Shown: positions 29,791-37,993 of the stretch, piece by piece
Layout of the letters: each line of letters begins with the position of its first letter
How positions within the stretch are numbered: the stretch's first letter is position 1
Source: Candidatus Latescibacterota bacterium
GTDB lineage: Bacteria > Latescibacterota > UBA2968 > UBA8231
Reading direction: 5' to 3'
Assembly: GCA_965200315.1 (NCBI GenBank)
Contig: OZ241362.1
Location: forward strand, 3,840,001-3,904,000
DNA length: 64,000 bases
Program-made: the position numbers and the translations under genes
Notes under the pieces: model-generated
Database searches by the model: none
The model's input: the letters and a program-made list of their open reading frames with translations, nothing else
What the model was told of the DNA's origin: nothing

Positions 29791-30050
29791 CTAACCGTCT
29801 CCCATGAGTTCTTGCGAAGTGCAGATCTCTGGATAGTAATGACTATACAGCATACAAAGTTCACGGATACTTGGTTTGAAGTTCCAAGTCATAAGATAAT
29901 CGCTCCGATGAACAGCAGAGCGCGCAATATGAAGCGCATCATCTATTGCTTTTTCCGCTAAAGGGCCTTCGTTTATCATTCTGCGAGCTAACCCAACCGC
30001 AGAATCTGTTGTTGCGAGTATAGGTATTCCCTCAAGGAAGTTTCGTCGCC
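29791..30050 (-). pseudogene. PIN/VapC-like toxin remnant
   Basis: DALHIA.S......YL.TWNFK....PEICT..EL C-terminal motifs; N-terminal half disrupted; start boundary approximate. Confidence 0.7.
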
Positions 30051-30146
30051 GAATCTAATCCTTTGCTTTAATTCAGCGGCCGCTGAAGGTAGACAGCATC
30101 TGGACCATCACGAAACGCGGGATTTTAAGAGGCTTTCATAAAAATA

Positions 30147-30175
30147 AGGCGATGGGCTTGACTAGCCCATCGCCT
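30147..30175 (-). terminator. intrinsic terminator after the 30214 gene
   Basis: AGGCGATGGGCT-5nt-AGCCCATCGCCT followed by TATTTTT on the minus strand. Confidence 0.8.
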
Positions 30176-30213
30176 GTAAATCTAAACCGAATGCCGGGTC
30201 GAGCCAGCAGGAC

Positions 30214-31119
30214 CTAGCGATTAAACTCGGTCTTGATGCGGCCCCAAGTGCTGGATTCAACGGCTGTGGAAGAAGCGGCTCCCCAGTCAATGGCGTCGTC
30301 GAGCTCGCTCATGACCATGTCGTTGTCCGCGCGGCAGCATTTGTTGGGCGAAGTTGACCAAAAACCTTGGTAGTCTTCAAGTACAGAGCCGCCTTCAATG
30401 TCGAAGTCGCCGAAGGTCCAGCTAATGGCGATGATCTGGCCTTCTTCGAGGTCGGTCTCCTCAGCAGCGTCCCGGTCGCCATCGTCGGGAATGAAGTCAA
30501 AGGGCCGGATCCAAGCCTCGTATAAATACGTGCTCTCGCCGAACTCTTCCCCTTCAAACGTGTACGCGAATTTCCAAGCATCGTTGTTGTCTGGATCGAG
30601 GACCCAATCAAACGGGGGATTGTAACCGCCCCACGCGCCAGCCGTCGGCGGCATGGACCAGTTGTATCCCACCTTGAGGATGCCGCCTTCTTGGCCGGGG
30701 GCATAGCCACCGCCGCCCTCAACCTCGGGGTGGGTCGGCGACACATAGACTTCCCAAGCGTCGTCGGACCACCAAGCATTCGGCTCTTCAGCGTCGCGGG
30801 TGTGGACGTTATCGAACACTTCGGCCATGAAATAGAGCAAGTTGGTGTTGTCGTTCCAGCCGACAATCTGCCGTACGCTCAGGTCGCTTACGTCGATCTC
30901 ACCGCGCGCCTTGCTGTACACCGAATCCGAGTACTTGTCGTTGCCGACTTCGTAGGGAATCTGAGGCACAGCAGCCCAATCGGCGTGATTACCGTCAATG
31001 ACCGGTATGTTTTCATCTGGGAACTGCACGGCGAACAGGAGTTCGCCAGGCGGAAAGTGAGCCAGAGCCGGTAGCGCAACCACCGCGGCGAGTAAGGCAC
31101 TTACTAACATTTGGCGCAT
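30214..31119 (-). CDS. exported acidic CBM9/DOMON-like protein with C-terminal TAVE..TWG.IK motif
   Basis: AAGGAG RBS; signal peptide; PVIDG...DW, W.....LY...V.DN, DD.WE; ends STAVESSTWGRIKTEFNR. Confidence 0.72.
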   Translation of the reverse strand: MRQMLVSALLAAVVALPALAHFPPGELLFAVQFPDENIPVIDGNHADWAAVPQIPYEVGNDKYSDSVYSKARGEIDVSDLSVRQIVGWNDNTNLLYFMAEVFDNVHTRDAEEPNAWWSDDAWEVYVSPTHPEVEGGGGYAPGQEGGILKVGYNWSMPPTAGAWGGYNPPFDWVLDPDNNDAWKFAYTFEGEEFGESTYLYEAWIRPFDFIPDDGDRDAAEETDLEEGQIIAISWTFGDFDIEGGSVLEDYQGFWSTSPNKCCRADNDMVMSELDDAIDWGAASSTAVESSTWGRIKTEFNR

Positions 31120-31235
31120 CTCTATCTCCTTGTGAAAGAGGGCATAAGAAAACGAGCTCTTGGGCATAGCAAGGCTCAAGATACTTCCAACAACATTGAA
31201 AGTCAATATCCTTGCGCCGTTGGGGGCCGCGATTC

Positions 31236-32978
31236 CTACCGCTGTCCCAGCATCTGACGAATGCGCTCGGCCTCGCGGTGCGCTGGGTCGAGACGCAGCA
31301 AGGTCGTCCAAGCAGCCGCCATTTCCTCGCGGCGTTGCTGGCGGCGGTATAGCTCGCCCAAGCGGTAATACGCCTTGGTCGCTTCGGGATTCAACGCCAC
31401 GAGCGCTGTGTATTGCCGGATGGCGTCTTCTGTGCGGCCGACGCGCTCGTAGGCACGGCCTAAGTTGTAGTAAGCTCTCAGATGGTTCGGCACCAAATTC
31501 AGTACCTTACCATAGTGTCCTATAGCCTCCTCGTAGCACCCAGTTTTCTGATAGGTTAGGCCGAGGTTGAAGTGCGTTTCAACGTGGGTGGGATTCAGGG
31601 CCAGTGAGGTTTTGAAGGACGCGATAGCCTCCTCGTAGCGCCGCGCCGCACTGTGCAGGATGCCGAGATTGAAATGTGCTCGCAGCCGAGTCGGCTGGAT
31701 GGCCACGGCCCGCTGATAGTGGCGGAAAGCGCGGGCGTATTGCTTCTGCTGATAGTACGCAAACGCGAGATTGTCGTGGGCGCGGGCGTTGTCTGGATAA
31801 TGAGTCAAAACCGCGGCAAACAAGCGGGCGTCGCTGTGCCAATCTCGGTTGCGGACGATGGTACGCGCACCACACAGCACAACCGCGACCAGCACGACCG
31901 CCCAAATCAGGCGTCGCTGTCCCGGACTTCTCCGCAGATAGCACTGCCCAGCCCACCCCCAAGTCAAGGCCACCGGAATCATGGCCAAGTGCAGATAGCG
32001 CTCGGCCATGCCGCTGGGCGCGAGAAAAAGCAAATTGGCCACCGGCAGCAGGCACGCGCCAAAGAACGCGATGGCAAAGGTGAGAAAACGCGAGCGCCCC
32101 ACCCAAGGCAGCGCGACCAACGCGGCCATACATACCAAGCCAGCGATAAACCACCAATCCCAAGGCGACATCACTGGGAGAATCGACGCATAGGAGTAAT
32201 CAGCCGACAAATGCAGCGGCGCGGCGATCAGCAGCAAATAGCGCGGCAGAATGGCCACTGCCGTGCCGAGCCGCTGCCACAGACCAAGGTCGGCCAAAAA
32301 ATTGGTAGAGACCGGCCCGGCCGGGGCGTCGGCCAATGCCAGCCAACGCAACGCCAAGACGCCGAGCAGAGCCAAAGCATACCCCCAGTGTCGTTTACAC
32401 CAAGCCACTACCCCTTCCCGTGAGTCGGCCAAGAACAGCGCGACCGGCAAAACCATCGCCGTCTCCTTCGCCAAGCACGCCCCTGCGTACAGCAAATAGG
32501 CTAGTACGCGCCGCCGCCGATGCGCTAGCAACGCACTCAGCGACAATAGGCTAGCCAGCAAGTCGCCCCGCGCCGAGACCCAAGCCACCACTTCGGTCTG
32601 GAGGGGATGACTCGCGTACAACAAAGCAGCCCACAGCGCAGCGCGATCTTCGCCGAGCAGGTCTCGGGCCAAGGCGTACAGGAGCAGGCTATTGACCGCG
32701 TGCAACAGGACGTTGGTCAAATGATAGCCCCACGGGGCTTCTCCGAAGAGCTGGAAATCGAGGCCGAGCGAGAGCAAGGTGAGCGGCCGGTATAGCTCCA
32801 ACCCCATCCAATTGGAACAAAAGATGTCGCTGATCGCCAACTTCCGCACTGCGTCGCTAGCGAGGTACGCGGAGTCGTCGAACACAAAGCCGTTGCCCAA
32901 GGTGTTGGCGTAACACGCCAAGGCCAACGCTGCTATACAAATGGTGTGTGAAGCTGAAAACCGGATGCTAAAGCGCAT
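31236..32978 (-). CDS. TMTC-like (DUF1736) GT-C protein O-glycosyltransferase with TPRs
   Basis: FVFDD, YRPLT.LS, YHL.NV.LH, HP..TE.V.W...R..LL, KE, P..LSADY, AERYL, RN.DW, then TPRs. Confidence 0.88.
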   Translation of the reverse strand: MRFSIRFSASHTICIAALALACYANTLGNGFVFDDSAYLASDAVRKLAISDIFCSNWMGLELYRPLTLLSLGLDFQLFGEAPWGYHLTNVLLHAVNSLLLYALARDLLGEDRAALWAALLYASHPLQTEVVAWVSARGDLLASLLSLSALLAHRRRRVLAYLLYAGACLAKETAMVLPVALFLADSREGVVAWCKRHWGYALALLGVLALRWLALADAPAGPVSTNFLADLGLWQRLGTAVAILPRYLLLIAAPLHLSADYSYASILPVMSPWDWWFIAGLVCMAALVALPWVGRSRFLTFAIAFFGACLLPVANLLFLAPSGMAERYLHLAMIPVALTWGWAGQCYLRRSPGQRRLIWAVVLVAVVLCGARTIVRNRDWHSDARLFAAVLTHYPDNARAHDNLAFAYYQQKQYARAFRHYQRAVAIQPTRLRAHFNLGILHSAARRYEEAIASFKTSLALNPTHVETHFNLGLTYQKTGCYEEAIGHYGKVLNLVPNHLRAYYNLGRAYERVGRTEDAIRQYTALVALNPEATKAYYRLGELYRRQQRREEMAAAWTTLLRLDPAHREAERIRQMLGQR

Positions 32979-33026
32979 GACGGCATTTCCTTAAACAAAT
33001 GTTTCTTTGTATAATGCAAAGTAATT

Positions 33027-34691
33027 ATGAACATTCTAAGCAGAAATTTTTTGCGGCGCAGATGCGCCTCGGCGTGGGCGGTGCTGGCCCTGTCGGTCGC
33101 GTGCAGCCAGCAAAACGAGCCGCCAGTAGCCCTAGTCGGCGATGTGCCCATCACGGGCGCTGAGTTGCGCCAATTTGCATTAAACGTGCTGCCGGGGCTG
33201 CGTCCGGCCCAACAGGGACCAGCCGCGCGGCAGGACTATTTGCAAACCTTGATTGACCGTCAGCTCATGCTGCGTCAAGCGCACGAAATGGGGCTAGACC
33301 GCGAACCAGCCGTGTGGGTCGAGCAGCTACTTCAGCGGCGCACCTATCTGGCGAACCTGTACCGCAAGCGCGACCTGCATCCCCAAGCGCAAGTTACAGA
33401 CGCGGACATTGACCGCTTTTTCGCCGAACACGATCTCGGGCGCGAGCGTCTCCTGACGGCCATTCTGGTCCAGACCAAGGCCGAAGCACAAGCGATCCAG
33501 CGTCAACTCGCAGCCGGTGCTTCCTTTGAAGAACTGTCTGCCCAGCACACGCTCGACCCGCGTGCGGCCGCTCAGCGCGGTCGGATCGGTTTTATCAATC
33601 GCTCCATGGCCAGCCACCTTGGGGTGCCAGAAGTCGTATTCGATCACCAACCGACCGGCGTCGTATCCGAGCCGTTGCCCTTGGGCCGGCGATTTCACTT
33701 GGTGCGCTTTATAGAGGATCGCCAAGTAGAGGTCGATAGCCAGCGAGACTTGCTCGCCCGCGAGCTAGCCAAAGCCAAGAGGCGGGAGGTGGAAAAAAAG
33801 CAGGTCGAGCTCCTCGCCTATGAATTGGGCTGGCATTTGACCCCACAGGGCCTAGCCGCCCTGCCATCGCGCGCCAATGCACCCCTGTTCTCATACGCCA
33901 GAGGACAAGTCTCCACCGAAGAATATCTAGAAGTTATTAAGAGGCATCGGGTAACGCGCCCAGAGGCGCTGCAAGACAGCGCGACCATTGCGGCCTTTGC
34001 GCGCCGCACCATCCTGCCAGAGCTCGTTTTAGCCGACGCGGCCGAAAAGGCGGGCTATCACCAAGAGTTAGAGGCCGCAGCACATTTAGCCCAAGCCGCC
34101 GAAGAGTTGCTGCTCAAAGCCGCGTATCAACGCCAAGTAAGCGACTCTGTCACTGTAGCCACAGCCGATGTAGAGCGCTATATCACAGCGCATCCCGAGC
34201 AATTCACCATCCCGGAGTCCATCTGTTTTGACGAGTTGATCGCGCCCAGCCTACAAGAGGCCCGCCAGCTCAAAGACACCTTGACCGGCCAAGAGGATTT
34301 GGCCGCCCTAGCCAAGGCTCGCGGCTTCCCGCTGCGGCCGCGCCGCGCCGATGGCCTCGTCTGCATGCACCGCTACAACAGCGTCCCGTACCCCCAACTC
34401 TGGCCTGCCTTGCAACAGGCCGAGATCGGCGTCCTAAACGGCCCAGTGCGAACTCGCGAGGGATTTGCCTTATTCGTGGTGATCCGCATTGAGCCCGCTC
34501 ACCCAGAGTCGCCACAGCAGTCCGAGCAACGGGCGCGGGCGGCCCTCGTGCAGCAAGCTGAACAAGTGCGCTTTGACCAATGGATTGCGTTGCTGCGAAA
34601 AAAATACCGCGACGAAATCGACATATCCGCCGAGCAACTCGCCGTTGCCCTGCCCGATTCGCTGTTGGCTAGCCTAATACAGCGCGAGTAA
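33027..34691 (+). CDS. SurA/PrsA-like lipoprotein with two parvulin-type PPIase domains
   Basis: Lipobox SVAC; ILV.T..EA.....L..G.SFEEL, G.IG, VSEP, GPVRT..GF..F; the first parvulin domain is clearer than the second. Confidence 0.82.
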   Translation: MNILSRNFLRRRCASAWAVLALSVACSQQNEPPVALVGDVPITGAELRQFALNVLPGLRPAQQGPAARQDYLQTLIDRQLMLRQAHEMGLDREPAVWVEQLLQRRTYLANLYRKRDLHPQAQVTDADIDRFFAEHDLGRERLLTAILVQTKAEAQAIQRQLAAGASFEELSAQHTLDPRAAAQRGRIGFINRSMASHLGVPEVVFDHQPTGVVSEPLPLGRRFHLVRFIEDRQVEVDSQRDLLARELAKAKRREVEKKQVELLAYELGWHLTPQGLAALPSRANAPLFSYARGQVSTEEYLEVIKRHRVTRPEALQDSATIAAFARRTILPELVLADAAEKAGYHQELEAAAHLAQAAEELLLKAAYQRQVSDSVTVATADVERYITAHPEQFTIPESICFDELIAPSLQEARQLKDTLTGQEDLAALAKARGFPLRPRRADGLVCMHRYNSVPYPQLWPALQQAEIGVLNGPVRTREGFALFVVIRIEPAHPESPQQSEQRARAALVQQAEQVRFDQWIALLRKKYRDEIDISAEQLAVALPDSLLASLIQRE

Positions 34692-34710
34692 AACCTTGGA
34701 GCAAATTCAA

Positions 34711-37700
34711 ATGACCATCCAACGCATACCCCTAAGCTGGGGCCTGCCGTTGCTCCTTTTCTTGAGCCATGCGGGAGCACAAGAGGGGTTTGAGCTAACC
34801 GCCGATGGCGTGACCATAAATCGCGCCGCGCAATGGGAACACTGGACGCAGCCCAAACACGCCGTACACATCGACCTCCAAACCCACGCCCTCACTCCGC
34901 GCCGCATCGACCAAGCGACCAATGCCATCCTAGACATCGAGCACTTCCAGACCCTGATCGGCGACCAGAAGGCATACGACAAGATAGTCAAGGAATTAAA
35001 CCGCGCCGACCGCCCCGTACCACTCAACATCCGCACGGCGCCAGCCACGGTGGCCGGAGTGCCGATCGTCTATCTAAAGGCCAACACAAAAAAGAACATT
35101 GAGGTCGGCGATCCGATCATCTGGTACTACTATCACGGTGGCATCCGCCACGCTGGCACCAGCGTCGAAACCGCCGCCGCCATTCTCGACGCTGATCCCA
35201 CGACCTATTGGGAACCCAGCACCTTGGTCTCCCGCGCCGAGTACGACGATCTCGCGCCGGCCGCTAAAGGGCCTATCTACTATGTTGTCAAAGGCGACGA
35301 TGGCCTAGAGCAGCGGGTAGATGAGGCCACCTATGACGCCGCCCCGGGCGATCGCCGCGTCGAATACCACAACCACTCGCTCGAAAATTGGACTGTTGAT
35401 ATCGACCTCGGCCGGCTGGTCCCCGTCGCCAAGGTGGTGCTGCGCTTCCTAGATCCCAGCGAAGGCGAGCCTTTCCGCCAAGTGCGCTTGCTCGGAACGC
35501 CTTCGGATGCGCGGAATGCGGCTTTGTCGCTCATAGACCGCACTATTGCTCCCGTCGAAAACGAAACCGCGGTGGAGTTCAACCTCGACCCGGACGACGC
35601 GGGTATTTACCAGCAACTCCACATCCTCCGCATCGCAGTCACAGACAGCAAGCTAGACAAGTTCGCGGTCGTGCCGGAAGCCGAGTTTGCGGCCCTGCCG
35701 CTCAACGAACAGGGCGGCATTGACTACTACATAGTCAACGCGGCCGGGACCGAGACCAAGGTCGCCCGCAGCATATACGAGGACGTCGCTCCCGAGCGCC
35801 GCGGTCGCCTCGTTCACTACCGCCGCGAGCGGCCCCGCCTAGCGGCTGTAGAAGTGTGGAGCCAAGGCGACAACATCGCCCTCGACATTATCAATGGCGG
35901 CGGTAGCGTCGAGCTGACCGGCACCTTCGGCGGCCTGCCCGGGTTCGACGGCCGCTACGAGAGTAACTTCCTCCAATTCGTCTGGTCGCCCGACCCTCGC
36001 TTTGAAGACCGCGGTATTATGATCCTCGACCTTGGGGCGCGCTTCTGGCTCAATTACTTCCGCATGGTCGGCAGCATCAGCGGAGTCGATGAAATGGTCG
36101 TCCGCATCTCCGACGGCACCCGGGATTCCAACGGCAGCCTAAAGTGGAGCGAGATGCACCGCCAAAACGGCGGCACCGTGGAGAGCGAGTTTGAACAGCT
36201 AGAGCAAGTGCGCTATCTCACCAGCCAGATATACACCAGCCAAGCGGGTCGCGCTGGCGGATACAACGCCGGCGACCGCATCCGCGAGGTGCAGCTATTC
36301 GGCGCGGGCTATCCCTCTGAGGTCACGCTCACCTCGCCGATGATTGAGCTGCCCGGCTCAATCATTCTCGGCCGCATTGAGTGGGAGGCCGATCTGCCGG
36401 ATTCAGCCCTAGTCGATGTACAAATCCGAACGCGCACCGGCGACCGCCTCGTGGAAACCGTCGAGTACTTCGGCAACGGCGGCGATCCCAAAACTGAAAC
36501 CGACTACAACAACCTGCCGACTAGTTTTAAGGGGCCGGTCGTGAATCGACTACAGCCCGGCGGCGGCTGGAGCAGTTGGAGCCAGCGCTATACGCGCCCG
36601 GGCCAGCTTGTGACCTCCCCCAGCCCGCGCCGCTTCTTGCAACTCCAAGCGCGGCTGCTCTCCACCTCGCCCGAGGTGGCGGCGAGCCTGCGCTCCATTG
36701 CCGTGGAATTCCTGCCTCCAATAGCCCAGCGGACTGTCGCCGAAATTTGGCCCAATACAGTCGAGCCGCGGGCAATGGGCGAGTTCGCGCTTTACCTCAA
36801 ACCCACCTTTGTGGAGCACCAGCCCGAAGGACCGCCCAGCCGGCGCTTTGACGAGATTTGGCTGGACGCCGCGCCGATAGAGACGCTTTCCATCGTCGAC
36901 GTAGCACTCGGCCGGGAGGAGGATTTTGCTCGAGGCCAACCCCGCCATCTCTTTTCCGCCTCTGACGCAGACGTGCTGATCAATGCGGCCACGGGCGATT
37001 CCCTGAAGGTCTTCCCGGCGGACACCGGCTCCGGCCTGCGGTTGCTCCTCCCCGAAAAGGTGGCCTTGCAGGCCGCCGGCGACGACACCCGCACCTATTA
37101 TCGGGTCGTAACAGAGGAGGGCGAGCAGGTGCCCGTAGATGGCGATGGCCGCATACTCAACGAGCTAACCTATCTCGGTCTGCCGCCCGAGGCGCAGGGC
37201 GACCTCCTCTACTTCGCCCTGCGCGGCCACGACGCGGATGGCAACCCCATTACCGAAACCGTAGAGGAGTTCGCATACCGGAGCTTGGCCGATTCGCTCC
37301 AAGGCGAGATTCGCTACTTTCGTCGGTTGATAGGTAAAGGCGGGGAATTCCCTTTTGACCAACAGGGGAACCCATTGACCCAAGCCGCGTACAACGCCCT
37401 GCCCCGGAGCCAGCGGGGCTCCATCGCCGCAGCCGGCGAACTGGTAAGGGTGCGCTTTCACGCCTCGGTGCTGCTCAACGGCACCACAATAGATGCCGCA
37501 ATCCGCGATTCGGCTTTTCCCGCTATCTACCAGCAAGTCGATCCAGGCGACGCCACGCCCCTGACACCCGGCACCGCCCTGAGCATCTCCGTGCCCTTGT
37601 CCAACCGCGTCGTACAGGGCGTCGCCATTGTGCCGAATCCTTTTACCCCAAATGGAGACGGCACCAACGATCAAGCCCACATACGCTTTGCACTCGGCAA

Positions 37701-37929
37701 TCTCAATGCCGAGCGCACCATCGAGGTGCGCATCTTCGACTTGGCTGGACATCCCGTGTGGAGCGGGCATCGGCAGAGCTTTGGTGAGCAGGTATTCACT
37801 TGGGACGGACGTGGCAACGACGGGCAACTCGTGCCGCCGGGGACGTATCTCTGCAAGATAGACGCCGACGTAGATGCAGCTTCTGCGTCCCATACGAGTG
37901 AGACGCATTTGATCGGGGTGGCGTACTGA
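34711..37929 (+). CDS. large exported protein, paralog 3, with internal repeats and C-terminal FlgD-Ig/CHU_C-like domain
   Basis: Signal peptide; IRTRTGD, WS.WS..Y, SPSPRRFLQ, EIWP, NPFTPNGDG.ND, WDGR...G..VPPG.Y. Confidence 0.82.
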   Translation: MTIQRIPLSWGLPLLLFLSHAGAQEGFELTADGVTINRAAQWEHWTQPKHAVHIDLQTHALTPRRIDQATNAILDIEHFQTLIGDQKAYDKIVKELNRADRPVPLNIRTAPATVAGVPIVYLKANTKKNIEVGDPIIWYYYHGGIRHAGTSVETAAAILDADPTTYWEPSTLVSRAEYDDLAPAAKGPIYYVVKGDDGLEQRVDEATYDAAPGDRRVEYHNHSLENWTVDIDLGRLVPVAKVVLRFLDPSEGEPFRQVRLLGTPSDARNAALSLIDRTIAPVENETAVEFNLDPDDAGIYQQLHILRIAVTDSKLDKFAVVPEAEFAALPLNEQGGIDYYIVNAAGTETKVARSIYEDVAPERRGRLVHYRRERPRLAAVEVWSQGDNIALDIINGGGSVELTGTFGGLPGFDGRYESNFLQFVWSPDPRFEDRGIMILDLGARFWLNYFRMVGSISGVDEMVVRISDGTRDSNGSLKWSEMHRQNGGTVESEFEQLEQVRYLTSQIYTSQAGRAGGYNAGDRIREVQLFGAGYPSEVTLTSPMIELPGSIILGRIEWEADLPDSALVDVQIRTRTGDRLVETVEYFGNGGDPKTETDYNNLPTSFKGPVVNRLQPGGGWSSWSQRYTRPGQLVTSPSPRRFLQLQARLLSTSPEVAASLRSIAVEFLPPIAQRTVAEIWPNTVEPRAMGEFALYLKPTFVEHQPEGPPSRRFDEIWLDAAPIETLSIVDVALGREEDFARGQPRHLFSASDADVLINAATGDSLKVFPADTGSGLRLLLPEKVALQAAGDDTRTYYRVVTEEGEQVPVDGDGRILNELTYLGLPPEAQGDLLYFALRGHDADGNPITETVEEFAYRSLADSLQGEIRYFRRLIGKGGEFPFDQQGNPLTQAAYNALPRSQRGSIAAAGELVRVRFHASVLLNGTTIDAAIRDSAFPAIYQQVDPGDATPLTPGTALSISVPLSNRVVQGVAIVPNPFTPNGDGTNDQAHIRFALGNLNAERTIEVRIFDLAGHPVWSGHRQSFGEQVFTWDGRGNDGQLVPPGTYLCKIDADVDAASASHTSETHLIGVAY

Positions 37930-37993
37930 TAGCACCACTCCCATTCATTATAGATGTCTTCATGAAGCCATCCCCCGACCTTCACCCCATCCC

